DNA of 64,000 nucleotides from Betaproteobacteria bacterium Ga0077526 (GCA_001464765.1 LNDV01000025.1:247679-311678), one strand, 5' to 3'; shown: positions 10,046-19,929, counted from the first letter of the stretch. Notes: generated by a model not told the origin, from the sequence alone. A program made the numbers and translations.

Positions 10046-12588
10046 ACGACCTTCCCACGTCTCCGGGAAATCCGGAAGAGGGATCGTCCCCGGTGGAGCG
10101 CGCCCCGGAAGTACAACGCGTTCGCCGTCGGCGACGCCGCTCCCGCTCCGAGGAGGCGACTTCGGAACCGTCCTCGGTGCTCTTGCGCCTCGCGAGCGCG
10201 GCGGCCTCGCTGGCATCGCTCGCGGCGGGCTGCCTGCTCGCGGTCCACCACCCGACGTTCGGGGTCTGGTTCCTGCTGCCCATGGCGCTGGCGATTGCGC
10301 TCACGGCATGGTTGCCCGGCGCCTGGCCGCGCTGGCTGCTCCCCCTGCTGCCTCTGATCGGGGGCATGCCCTGGACCGGGTGGCTGGTCGTGGAGGAACT
10401 GGATCTCCTCGCGCTCGCCGCGGCCGCAGGCGGCTACGCGCGCTGGACCATGACCGGCCCGCCCCGCACCGGCCGCACGCAGTCGATAGGCGCTCTGCTG
10501 GGGGCGGCAGTGCTCGCCGCCTATCTGATGTCGTTGTTCGTGAGCATGGAACGCGGGATTGCGGACGCGGGCGGCCTCGTCCTGGGATGGTGGCAGGGCT
10601 ACTACGAACCGCTGAACTCCGTGCGACTCGCGAAGAGTCTGCCGCTGGTGCTGCTCCTTCTGCCGCTCTGGCTGCGCCAGCAGGATCGCCGGTCGGACCC
10701 CACGACGGAGCACTTCCTCGCGGGCATGACCGGCATGCTTGCCACCATCGGCCTGACGGTCGTCTGGGAGCGCTTCGCGAACACGGGCCTCACGAATTTC
10801 ACGACGGACTACCGGGCCACCGGCCTCTTCTGGGAGATGCACGTCGGCGGGGCGGCACTGGACGCGGCACTGGTGCTCGCGTTCCCGTTCGCCGCGGTGG
10901 CGCTGCTGCGCGCCCGTTCGCCGGCCGGCTGGATCTTCTCCGGCGCGGCGCTCGCACTCGGCGGTTACGCGGCCCTCACCTCCTTCTCGCGCGTGGTGTA
11001 TGTCGGCGTGCCGCTCGGTCTCGCCCTCGTCGCGATCGCGTGGTTGCGGCAATCGGCGCGAAACCGCAGCGATGTTCGCACCGGCAGCGTCGTGGCCACG
11101 ATCGCACTGCTGTGCGCGTTCGCCGCCGCCGCCTTCAGCGTGTTTCCGGTGGGCGGATACCGCGGACTCGCCGCCGCACTCGGCGTTTTCGCGCTGCTGC
11201 CTGCTGCCGTCGCGGCCGTGCCCGGAATGCCGGTGGCGTTGCGTGTCGTCGGGATCGCAGGCGGTGCCGTCCTCGCCGCAGCCTACTGGGGCATCTATCA
11301 GTTACTGCCCAAGGGTGCGTACCTCGGGTACGTCGCACTGGCGGGCGCCGCCGTCATCGCCACGGTGCTTGCGCTGTGGCGGTTGCGGGAGGGGCAGGCC
11401 CCGTGGCCCCCCGCCGCCGTGCTGCTGCTGGCGAGCGTCGTGGGTCTGAGCCCGGGTATCGCCTGGATATCGATGTACTGGGGCGAGACGTCCTCGGCGT
11501 CCGGCTCGGGACTGGTGGCCGCGATTGCCCCCCTGGTCATCGCCATCGCAGCGGCCGCGGGACGCAGCCCGTGGCCCGCGTCGCTCCGCGGGCATGCCGT
11601 CCGCGGCGGCATGCTTGGGATGGTCGGGCTCGTGGTGGCGGTCTTCTCGGGGGGGAGCTACATGGGAGACCGATGGTCTTCCCTGGAAAACGACTTCGGC
11701 ACCCGGGTCACCCACGCGCAGGGCGCACTGGCGCTGCTGCACGGCCCGGCGGACGAGATCGTCGGGAGGGGTCTCGGCCGCTACGCCGCCTCGCGCCTGC
11801 TCTCGGGCTCGCAGGAGGACCAGACCGGGACGGTGCTGTGGACCCGCGACGACGGTGCCTGGCGCATGCTGCTCACGAGCGGCAAGCACGTGCTCGGATG
11901 GGGCGAGATCTTTCGGGTGTCTCAGCGCATCGACGAACCCGGCGGCAACGCGCGGGTCCGGGTGCGCATGCGGACCAAGGTGCCGGTGGATCTGCACGCG
12001 GAGGTCTGCGAGAAGCACCTGCTCTACAACGAAGCGTGCCTCGTCGGCCTGAACAAGATCGCCCATGCGGTCGGCGAGTGGCACACCTTCGAGTGGCCGC
12101 TGCAGGGGGACACCGCGCCCACGCGAGGATTCCCTCTCGCCCAGCGCTTCATCACCTTCTCCCTCGCGCTCGCGTCGCCGGGGACCGCGGCGGAGATCTC
12201 GTCGATCGAACTGTTCGATGCCCAAGGCGCACAGCTCATCGCCAACCCGACCTTCGCCAATGGCGGTGCCCGCTGGTTCTTCTCCAGCGACCGGCACCAC
12301 ATGCCGTGGCACGCCAAGAACCTGGCGGTGCATCTGCTGTTCGAGCAGGGCATCGCAGGCTTCGCGCTGTTCTCGCTCCTCTGCGCCCTCGCGCTGTGGC
12401 GAGTGACGCTCGGCAAGCTCCGGGATGACCCGCTGGCACCCGCGGTACTCGGCAGCCTCATCGGGGTGTTCGTGGTCGGCACCGGCGACAGTCTGCTGGA
12501 CATGCCCCGGATCGCGTTCGTGGTCTATCTGGTCCTCGGCGCCGCGGTCCTGCTGGGTCATCGGGAACCGGACCGCGGCAGGGGCTGA
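10042..12588 (+). CDS. Large polytopic membrane protein with O-antigen ligase/polymerase-like (Wzy_C-like) motifs and an inserted soluble domain, 848 aa
   Basis: The ATG overlaps the rSAM stop (ATGA). Many hydrophobic segments. Loop motif RVTHAQGALALLHGPADEIVGRGLGRY and C-terminal HAKNLAVHLLFEQGIAGFALF resemble the WaaL/Wzy_C conserved R/H motifs. A roughly 200-aa non-hydrophobic insert lies between them. Confidence 0.65.
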   Translation: MNDLPTSPGNPEEGSSPVERAPEVQRVRRRRRRSRSEEATSEPSSVLLRLASAAASLASLAAGCLLAVHHPTFGVWFLLPMALAIALTAWLPGAWPRWLLPLLPLIGGMPWTGWLVVEELDLLALAAAAGGYARWTMTGPPRTGRTQSIGALLGAAVLAAYLMSLFVSMERGIADAGGLVLGWWQGYYEPLNSVRLAKSLPLVLLLLPLWLRQQDRRSDPTTEHFLAGMTGMLATIGLTVVWERFANTGLTNFTTDYRATGLFWEMHVGGAALDAALVLAFPFAAVALLRARSPAGWIFSGAALALGGYAALTSFSRVVYVGVPLGLALVAIAWLRQSARNRSDVRTGSVVATIALLCAFAAAAFSVFPVGGYRGLAAALGVFALLPAAVAAVPGMPVALRVVGIAGGAVLAAAYWGIYQLLPKGAYLGYVALAGAAVIATVLALWRLREGQAPWPPAAVLLLASVVGLSPGIAWISMYWGETSSASGSGLVAAIAPLVIAIAAAAGRSPWPASLRGHAVRGGMLGMVGLVVAVFSGGSYMGDRWSSLENDFGTRVTHAQGALALLHGPADEIVGRGLGRYAASRLLSGSQEDQTGTVLWTRDDGAWRMLLTSGKHVLGWGEIFRVSQRIDEPGGNARVRVRMRTKVPVDLHAEVCEKHLLYNEACLVGLNKIAHAVGEWHTFEWPLQGDTAPTRGFPLAQRFITFSLALASPGTAAEISSIELFDAQGAQLIANPTFANGGARWFFSSDRHHMPWHAKNLAVHLLFEQGIAGFALFSLLCALALWRVTLGKLRDDPLAPAVLGSLIGVFVVGTGDSLLDMPRIAFVVYLVLGAAVLLGHREPDRGRG

Positions 12589-12660
12589 AGGGTCTCCGCG
12601 TCGTCGGTCCCGAAGCGTCGCTCACCTTCGCCACGGTGACGGCAGTCGGGAACTCGCATC

Positions 12661-12690
12661 GAAAAAAAAGGCGCCGGAAGCTTCCGGCGC
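12661..12690 (-). terminator. Intrinsic terminator (possibly bidirectional) between two convergent genes
   Basis: Perfect palindrome GGCGCCGGAAGCTTCCGGCGCC preceded on the plus strand by A8. This is a U-run for the minus-strand PEP-CTERM gene. Confidence 0.7.
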
Positions 12691-12722
12691 CTTCAATGAA
12701 CGAGTGGAAACGCAGGGGTGGA

Positions 12723-13478
12723 TCAGTTGCGGCGCTTGCGGCGGGCGTTGGCGACGCCGAGGATCCCCAGTCCGGCCAGAAGCATGGCGTACTCGGACGG
12801 CTCCGGCACCGGGACCGGCGCAAAGCCTTCGAACGTGGCCGCCCTGAAAGGGGGATCGTCATCGTTCGGTAGGGCACCCGCCGCCTGGGTGATGCTGACC
12901 GCGCCTTCGAGGTAGTCGAACGCCGTCGCGTTGGTCTTGATGAGGTACCAGGCCGTGACGGGATTTTCTTCCTCGATGGAGATGTCGATGCGCAGATCGA
13001 CGATGTCGTCGCTGAAGACGTCACCGGCCTGCGGGCGGGTGCGGCCGGTGGTGGAATGCGCCGCGCTGCGGAGGCGATCGCCTTCGCCGTACCATGCCAC
13101 GGACACGTCGTAGCCCGCGAAGCCCCGGCGGAAGATGTCGTTCACTTCGAGCACGTAACCGTTCTGCTCCTCCACCTCGAGGGTGAACTGCGAGGCGAAC
13201 ACCAGCGTGTTGTCGGCGTTGCTACGGTACACAAAGTCCTGGAACAGGCCGATGTCGTTGCCGTCGTACAGCACCGAGCTGATACGGCGGGCAACACGGG
13301 TGTACCCGTTGGCTTCCGGCGTCCAGCCATCACCGAGGAAGAGCGGGTCGGACGCGGGGTTGTTCACACCGGTCACGCGCAGCGGGCTGGTCTCGGGCAG
13401 CATCACGAAACCGCCGGCGAAGACGGGGCTGCAGAGTGCCGCGAGCGAGGCCGCGACGATGGTTCGAGTAAATCTCAT
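12723..13478 (-). CDS. PEP-CTERM sorting-domain protein (251 aa)
   Basis: Signal peptide MRFTRTIVAASLAALCSPVFA. The C-terminus VPEPSEYAMLLAGLGILGVANARRKRRN is the PEP-CTERM motif plus TM plus basic tail. Confidence 0.75.
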   Translation of the reverse strand: MRFTRTIVAASLAALCSPVFAGGFVMLPETSPLRVTGVNNPASDPLFLGDGWTPEANGYTRVARRISSVLYDGNDIGLFQDFVYRSNADNTLVFASQFTLEVEEQNGYVLEVNDIFRRGFAGYDVSVAWYGEGDRLRSAAHSTTGRTRPQAGDVFSDDIVDLRIDISIEEENPVTAWYLIKTNATAFDYLEGAVSITQAAGALPNDDDPPFRAATFEGFAPVPVPEPSEYAMLLAGLGILGVANARRKRRN

Positions 13479-14037
13479 GGGGTAGGTCCCTCCGGTCTGG
13501 TCATTGGATGCCAATCCGCGACGGACGCGATGCAACGGGAACAAGGCCTGGACCGGACTGGTGGCTTTCGGACAGCCACTTCTTCTGCGCTGACGCGCAC
13601 GTGCCGGCGCCGAAGAAGGTCGGTGCGGAAGCTCGACGCATCGAAGGACAGCCGTGGGACAGGTCTCGTGTTTTCGTTGTATACCGCGTTTCGTTCTGGA
13701 TCTGCGCCGGGAGTGCCCTTGTCGGCTCACCCGCCAGCGCTGTCCCGACGGTAGTGCACCGGACGCCTCGGCACCACCGAACCTCTCCCGCCCTGCATCG
13801 GGACCATTTCCCGACACCGCGGTCTGATCGCAGCGGGTCGACATCGGGACCAGTACCGCGACTCGGCGAAGCCGTCCCGAAAGTCGACGGCCTCCCGGGC
13901 GACCTTGGGTCGCGCGGGCAGTCCGGCGCCCGGGGTCCGGTCCTGCGGGCAGCGGAGCCCGTATCATTCGGGTCCGACGAACTCCCCGGGCTGTCTCACG
14001 TCATAGCAACGGGGCCGCGAGACCCTCCGCCCTTCCG

Positions 14038-16164
14038 ATGCCCAGAATCCTCATCCTCTTCCTGCTGACCCTGATGGCCTGGCCTGTAGTGGCCGAGCCG
14101 GTCCAGACACCCCATGCCGAGGCCGAGCTGGTGGCCGCGCAGCGCCACGCCGAACCCGGCAAGGCGCTTACCGTGGCGCTGCGCCTGAAGCACGAGCCGG
14201 AGTGGCACACCTACTGGCGCAACCCGGGCGACTCGGGCATGCCCACCCGCATCACCTGGGAACTGCCCGAGGGCGTGAAAGCCAGTCCGATCCTCTGGCC
14301 CGTCCCCGAACGGATCCCGGTCGGTCCGCTGACCAACTACGGGTACGAAGGCGAGATCTTCCTGCTCACGGAGATCGCCGTCCCTGCGAACTGGCCGGCG
14401 GGCCAGCCTCTGCCGCTCAAGGCCAAGGCGGACTGGCTCATCTGCAAGGAGATCTGCCTGCCGGGCGGCACGTCGCTGTCGCTGGAAGTACCCACCGCCG
14501 CGGGGGCGTCGACTCCGCACGACCAATGGGGCGAACCGATCGCGAAAGCCCGGGCCGCGCTCCCGGTCGAGTCTGGCGCCTGGAGCACGAAGGCGTCCGT
14601 CACTGAGCGGTACATCGTGATCGACGCGACACCGCCGGAAGCCGACCGGCCCGGCGTCGAGACGCTTAGCTTCTTCCCCGACACGCCCGAGATCCTCGAC
14701 AACCCGTCGCCGCAGACCCTCGAGAAGACTTCTGACGGACTGCGCCTGCTGCTCGTCGCCGCGCCGGGCTTCAAGGGCCAGGTGCAGTCGCTCAGCGGTC
14801 TCCTGGTCGTCGAAGGCTCCGGCGGCCGCAAGGCATGGCAGGTCGCCATGGACTATCCGGGCGGTGCGCCCACGGTGACCGCCGTCGCGCCGGCGTCCAC
14901 GGTTTCGGCCGCCGACATCCAGGCTTCCGCCTCGGCGCCAACGGCAACCATCGGACTGCTGATGGCCCTGGTTCTCGCCTTCGGCGGTGGCGTGGTCCTC
15001 AATCTCATGCCCTGCGTGTTCCCGGTCGTCTCCATCAAGGTGCTGGGCTTCGTCGATCAGGCACACGGCGATCGCGCCGATCTGCGCAATCACGGCCTCG
15101 CGTTCGCGGCGGGCATCGTGGTGTGCTTCTGGATCATCGCCGGCGTGCTGCTCGCCCTTCGCGCGAGCGGCGAGGCCCTCGGCTGGGGGTATCAGCTCCA
15201 GTCCCCGCCCATCGTGGCCGCGCTGGCGGTGCTGTTCTTTGTGCTGGGCCTCAACCTGAGCGGGTGGTTCGAGATCGGCATGAAGGTGCAGAGCGTCGCG
15301 GGCAACGTGGCCACGAAGACCGGCCTCTCGGGCGCCTTCCTGTCCGGCATGCTCGCCACCGCGGTGGCGACACCCTGCACCGCACCGTTCATGGGCGCTG
15401 CGCTGGGGTTCGCTCTGACGCAGCCCGCCGCGCTCGCCATGGCGGTGTTCACCGCGCTCGCCCTGGGCATGGGTCTGCCCTACGTCCTGCTCTCCCTGTT
15501 CCCCGCGCTGACACGCTGGCTGCCACGACCGGGGCGGTGGATGGAGACGCTGAAGCAGTTCCTCGCCTTCCCGCTGTATCTCACGGTCGTGTGGCTCGTG
15601 TGGGTCCTCGGCGAGCAGCTCGGCGTGACGGCCGCCGCGAAGCTGCTGGTAGGCCTCGTCCTGCTCACCGCGGCCATCTGGGCGTGGCGCCGGTTCGGCG
15701 GCCTTGCGCAACCGGCAGGTGTCGCCTTTGCCGCCCTGCTTGGCGTGGGTTCGCTCTGGTTCGCATGGCCGTCCGGTGAAGCCCAGGCGGGCAAGGCAGC
15801 CGCCACGACAGCGGGGTGGTCGGCATTCTCCGACGGTGAACTCGACAAGCTCCGCGCCAAGGGCCCCGTGTTCGTCGACTTCACCGCGGCATGGTGCGTC
15901 ACCTGCCAGGTCAACAAGCGGGTGGTGCTGCAGTCGGAGTCTGTCGAGCAGGCTTTCGCGGCCCGCGGCGTAGCGCGGATGCGCGCCGACTGGACCCACC
16001 GGGACGAAGCCATCACCCGCGCCCTCGCGCGCCTCGGACGAAGCGGTGTCCCGGTGTATGTCGTCTACCCCGCCGGGGGCGGCGCGCCGGAACTGCTTCC
16101 GGAATTGCTGACGCGCGAGATCGTCCTCGCCGCGCTCGACCGCGCCGCCGGACCGAATCGCTGA
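14038..16164 (+). CDS. dsbD: Thiol:disulfide interchange protein DsbD (protein-disulfide reductase)
   Basis: N-terminal periplasmic domain, central TM core with CVFPVV, and C-terminal thioredoxin fold with WCVTCQ. 708 aa. Confidence 0.9.
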   Translation: MPRILILFLLTLMAWPVVAEPVQTPHAEAELVAAQRHAEPGKALTVALRLKHEPEWHTYWRNPGDSGMPTRITWELPEGVKASPILWPVPERIPVGPLTNYGYEGEIFLLTEIAVPANWPAGQPLPLKAKADWLICKEICLPGGTSLSLEVPTAAGASTPHDQWGEPIAKARAALPVESGAWSTKASVTERYIVIDATPPEADRPGVETLSFFPDTPEILDNPSPQTLEKTSDGLRLLLVAAPGFKGQVQSLSGLLVVEGSGGRKAWQVAMDYPGGAPTVTAVAPASTVSAADIQASASAPTATIGLLMALVLAFGGGVVLNLMPCVFPVVSIKVLGFVDQAHGDRADLRNHGLAFAAGIVVCFWIIAGVLLALRASGEALGWGYQLQSPPIVAALAVLFFVLGLNLSGWFEIGMKVQSVAGNVATKTGLSGAFLSGMLATAVATPCTAPFMGAALGFALTQPAALAMAVFTALALGMGLPYVLLSLFPALTRWLPRPGRWMETLKQFLAFPLYLTVVWLVWVLGEQLGVTAAAKLLVGLVLLTAAIWAWRRFGGLAQPAGVAFAALLGVGSLWFAWPSGEAQAGKAAATTAGWSAFSDGELDKLRAKGPVFVDFTAAWCVTCQVNKRVVLQSESVEQAFAARGVARMRADWTHRDEAITRALARLGRSGVPVYVVYPAGGGAPELLPELLTREIVLAALDRAAGPNR

Positions 16165-16183
16165 AACCCTGGGGATTGCCATC

Positions 16184-16780
16184 ATGAAGATCGTTGCTCT
16201 GACCGCCCTGCTCGCCTGTGTCTCGCTGCCGGTGTCCGCCGCTGCCGTGCCCGGCCAACCCGCCGCGGACTTCAAGCTCACCGACGTCACCGGAAAGTCG
16301 CTGCGCCTGGCGGACTATCGCGGCAAGTACGTGGTGCTCGAGTGGTTCAACCAGGGCTGCCCGTTCGTGCAGAAGCACTACGAGAGCGGAAACATGCAGT
16401 CGCTCCAGCGGAAGTTCACGGACCGCGGCGTGGTGTGGCTCGCCATCAGTTCCACCAATCCGAAGAGTTCGGACTACCGCGATCCGGTGCGGGCGCAGGG
16501 TGTGATGAAGGATTGGCAGATGGCGCCGAGCGCGTTCCTCCTGGACGAGGACGGCAATGTGGGCCGCGCCTATGGCGCGAAAGCCACACCTCACATGTTC
16601 GTCGTCGATCCCAAGGGAAAGGTCATCTACGCCGGCGCGATCGACGATGCGCCCACCTGGCGGCCCGAGGACGTGAAGACCGCCCGCAACTACGTCGCCG
16701 CCGCGCTCGACGAATCCATGGCCGGCAAGCCCGTGAGCCAGCCGTCGACCGCCGCCTATGGCTGCTCGGTCAAGTACTGA
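16184..16780 (+). CDS. Periplasmic thioredoxin-fold protein (redoxin/TlpA-like)
   Basis: Signal peptide, then a WFNQGCPFV redox motif. Adjacent to dsbD. Confidence 0.8.
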   Translation: MKIVALTALLACVSLPVSAAAVPGQPAADFKLTDVTGKSLRLADYRGKYVVLEWFNQGCPFVQKHYESGNMQSLQRKFTDRGVVWLAISSTNPKSSDYRDPVRAQGVMKDWQMAPSAFLLDEDGNVGRAYGAKATPHMFVVDPKGKVIYAGAIDDAPTWRPEDVKTARNYVAAALDESMAGKPVSQPSTAAYGCSVKY

Positions 16781-16799
16781 CCCGGCGCCCCGGGCCCCC

Positions 16800-17963
16800 G
16801 TGCCGGCGAGCCCGGCTACCCGCTGGGACATTTTCTGCAATGTCGTCGACCATTTCGGCGACATCGGTGTGTCGTGGCGGCTCGCGCGGCAATTGCGCGA
16901 AGAGCACGGCATGGCCGTCACTCTCTACGTCGACGACCTCGAGTCCTTCCGGCGCCTGTGCCCGGCCGTCGACGCGGACGCGCCTACCCAGTCGGTGGAG
17001 GACATCACGGTGCACCGCTGGGTGGAGGCCATGCGCTTCGAGCGACCGGCCGACGTCGTCATCGATGCCTTCGGCTCGCGGGCCCCACCCGCCTACCTCG
17101 AGGCGATGTCGAAGCGCCCTACCCGCCCGGTCTGGATCAATCTGGAATACCTCAGCGCCGAGGACTGGGTGGAGGACTGCCACCGGGTGCCGTCGCCTCA
17201 CCCCCGACTGCCCCTCACCCGGTTCTTCTTCTTCCCGGGATTCACTGCGGGCACCGGCGGCCTGCTGGAGGAACGCCACCTCGCGCAGCAGCGCCTGAGC
17301 TTCCTTGGCAGCGCCGAGGCCCGGGCGACGGCCTGGTCCTGCTGGGAATGCGAGCCGCCCTCGGGCGAACGGACGCAAATCTCCCTGTTCGGCTACGGCG
17401 GGCCTTCGGTACCGACCCTGCTGCGGGCTTGGGCCGACGGATCGGAGCCGATCCGCCTGCTGGTGCCCGAAAGCCGGGTCCTGGACGACGTAGCGCGGTT
17501 CGCCGGCCAGTCCGCCCTGCGTGCCGGTGACCGCGCGTCCTTCGGTGCCCTGGACATCGCCGTCCTGCCCTTCCGCACCCAGGCGGACTACGATCAGCTG
17601 CTCTGGCTGTGCGACTGCAACTTCGTGCGGGGGGAGGACTCCTTCGTCCGGGCGCAGTGGGCCGAACACCCCTTCGTGTGGAACATCTATCCGCAGACCG
17701 GCGGCGCCCACTGGGCCAAGCTGCACGCCTTCATCCACCGCTACGGCGAGGGGATGGACGCCGATGCCATGGTCGCCGTCCGGGAGTTCTGGCGATTGTG
17801 GAACCGTGGAGAGACTTCCTCCGCCACGCTCGGGCAGGCCTGGCGCCGTTTCTGGCTGCTGCGGGAAGACCTGCAGGCGCACAACGCGGGCTGGGCCGCG
17901 AAACTGCGCACGCTCGGCAATCTGACGGCCAATCTGGTGCGATTCGCAGTCGAGCGGCTATAA
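16800..17963 (+). CDS. earP: EF-P arginine 32 rhamnosyltransferase EarP
   Basis: TRWDIFCNVVDHFGDIGVSWRLARQL is the EarP N-terminal signature. It lies immediately upstream of efp. The start is uncertain: the track ORF begins at 16758 and there is an in-frame GTG at 16800. Confidence 0.8.
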   Translation: MPASPATRWDIFCNVVDHFGDIGVSWRLARQLREEHGMAVTLYVDDLESFRRLCPAVDADAPTQSVEDITVHRWVEAMRFERPADVVIDAFGSRAPPAYLEAMSKRPTRPVWINLEYLSAEDWVEDCHRVPSPHPRLPLTRFFFFPGFTAGTGGLLEERHLAQQRLSFLGSAEARATAWSCWECEPPSGERTQISLFGYGGPSVPTLLRAWADGSEPIRLLVPESRVLDDVARFAGQSALRAGDRASFGALDIAVLPFRTQADYDQLLWLCDCNFVRGEDSFVRAQWAEHPFVWNIYPQTGGAHWAKLHAFIHRYGEGMDADAMVAVREFWRLWNRGETSSATLGQAWRRFWLLREDLQAHNAGWAAKLRTLGNLTANLVRFAVERL

Positions 17964-18014
17964 TCCGCGGTTAATTCGTCTTACCCCTCCTTCCCGTCTC
18001 TTGCAGGTTTCCCT

Positions 18015-18575
18015 ATGAAGACAGCCCAGGAACTGCGCGTGGGCAACGTGATCATGGTCGGTAACGACCCGCTGGTCGTGCAACGCGCCGAGTTCAACAA
18101 GTCCGGTCGCAACGCGTCGGTCATGAAGATGAAGCTCAAGAACCTTCTCACCGGCTCCACGACCGAAACGGTCTACCGCGCCGACGAGAAGTTCGATGTG
18201 GTCGTGCTCGAACGCCGGGATTGCAACTACTCCTACTTCGCGGACCCCATGTATGTCTTCATGGACTCCGAGTACAACCAGTACGAAGTCGAGAAGGACA
18301 ACATGGGCGACGCGCTCAACTTCCTCGACGAAGGCCTGCAGTGTGAAGTGGTGTTCTACCAGGGCAAGGCCATCTCGGTGGAAATGCCCGCCTCGGTCGT
18401 GCGCGAGATCATCTACACCGAGCCCGCCGTCCGCGGCGACACCTCGGGCAAGGTGCTGAAGCCCGCAAAGATCAATACCGGTTATGAAGTCTCCGTGCCG
18501 CTCTTTTGCGCCACGGGCGACAAGATCGAGATCGACACCCGCACGGGCGAGTACAAGCGCCGCGTCGCTGCCTGA
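18015..18575 (+). CDS. efp: Translation elongation factor P, Arg32 type (rhamnosylated)
   Basis: [14 protein letters not shown]...[16 protein letters not shown] carries Arg at the modified loop position. 186 aa. Confidence 0.95.
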   Translation: MKTAQELRVGNVIMVGNDPLVVQRAEFNKSGRNASVMKMKLKNLLTGSTTETVYRADEKFDVVVLERRDCNYSYFADPMYVFMDSEYNQYEVEKDNMGDALNFLDEGLQCEVVFYQGKAISVEMPASVVREIIYTEPAVRGDTSGKVLKPAKINTGYEVSVPLFCATGDKIEIDTRTGEYKRRVAA

Positions 18576-18642
18576 CCGTTCTGTCGTACGCATCCGCGAA
18601 ACGCCGGGCCCTGCCCGGCGTTTTCGTTTGTGCGATCCCCGT

Positions 18643-19800
18643 TCAGCCCTTCGAGGTGTCGCGCCGGAAGCCGACGGCGCCGAGCACGAGCACGGCCACC
18701 GCGCTGGCCGCCACGACTCCGAGTCCCAGCCGCAGGGATCCGAACTCCGCCACGAAACCGATCGCCGGCGGACCGAGCAGGAACCCGCCGTAGCCGAAGG
18801 TCGCCACCGCCGCGATGGCCGTGCCCGAGGGCATCGTGACCGATCGCGCGGCCGTGCTGACCAGACACGGAAAGATGCAGGAGTAGCCCGCACCGACGAG
18901 CGCGAACCCGAGGATCGCGACCGGGGCCGAACCCGCGGCGATGACCACCGCCATGCCGAAGGCGGCGAGCGCACCGCCCCATCGCACGACCGCTGCCGGC
19001 CCCAGGCGCTGGATGAATCGGTCGCCCGTGAAGCGGCCCAGCGCGACGAACATCGAATACGCCGCGAACCCCGAAGCCGCGACGCCCGGCGTGGCTTCCA
19101 GCACCTTCGCAAGGTACAGCGCGCTCCAGTCGGCCATCGCGCCCTCCCCCAGCAGCAGACAGAAAGCCACGACGGCCACGACCGCGAGTTCGCGGTTCGG
19201 CCAGGCGAGCCGTTGTTCCCGTCGGCCCGCCCCGGCAGCGGCAGACAGCGAAGACGCACATGCGGCCACCACGACCAGCCCCACGACACCCAGCACCACG
19301 AGGTGTATCGCCGGAGACCACGCCTGCGCAGCCACCACGCCGCCCGCCACGGCCCCCAGCAGACCGCCCAGGCTGTACATCCCGTGGAAGAACGCCATCG
19401 TCGAGCGCTGCGCCCGCGCTTCGTGATCCGCGGCCAGGGCGTTCATCGCGACGTCCATACCGCCGATGCCCGCGCCGAACAAGGCGAGAAGCCCGGCCAG
19501 CGCCAGCGGATCGGGCGCTGCGGCCGGGAGCATGAGCGTGAGGCAGAACGCGATGGCGAGCGCGCGGGTGACGGGCGCCGCGCCCCAACGGGACACCGCG
19601 ACGCCCACGAGCGGCATGGCCACGATGGAGCCCGCCGCCGCCGCGAGCAGCGCGAGGCCCAGCTCGGCCTCGCCGATCGCCAGCCGGCGCTGCACGTCCG
19701 GAATGCGCGTTGCCCAGTTGGCGAAGCCGAACCCGTTCAGGAAGAACAGGAGCGCGACGACTAAGCGTTCGCGCGACAGAGGCGTGGAGGAAGTGGGCAC
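18643..19800 (-). CDS. MFS transporter
   Basis: 385 aa with 12 predicted TM segments and MFS-type charged loops. Confidence 0.8.
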   Translation of the reverse strand: MPTSSTPLSRERLVVALLFFLNGFGFANWATRIPDVQRRLAIGEAELGLALLAAAAGSIVAMPLVGVAVSRWGAAPVTRALAIAFCLTLMLPAAAPDPLALAGLLALFGAGIGGMDVAMNALAADHEARAQRSTMAFFHGMYSLGGLLGAVAGGVVAAQAWSPAIHLVVLGVVGLVVVAACASSLSAAAGAGRREQRLAWPNRELAVVAVVAFCLLLGEGAMADWSALYLAKVLEATPGVAASGFAAYSMFVALGRFTGDRFIQRLGPAAVVRWGGALAAFGMAVVIAAGSAPVAILGFALVGAGYSCIFPCLVSTAARSVTMPSGTAIAAVATFGYGGFLLGPPAIGFVAEFGSLRLGLGVVAASAVAVLVLGAVGFRRDTSKG

Positions 19801-19929
19801 CGCGCGATTATCGCGGAATCACCCGCCCGCGCGACGTCCGGCTGTGGATGCCATGCGCATCGCGCGAGAACCCGCGAACTGTCCGCGGACGATCGGCGGA
19901 GGAACGCGAGGCCGGCGGCAGACAGCCCC

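Noticed and set aside
13508-14068. 186-aa plus-strand ORF in the long intergenic region upstream of dsbD
   Set aside because: Pro/Arg/Ser-rich low-complexity translation that overlaps the dsbD start. It is more likely the untranslated leader region of the divergent PEP-CTERM gene.
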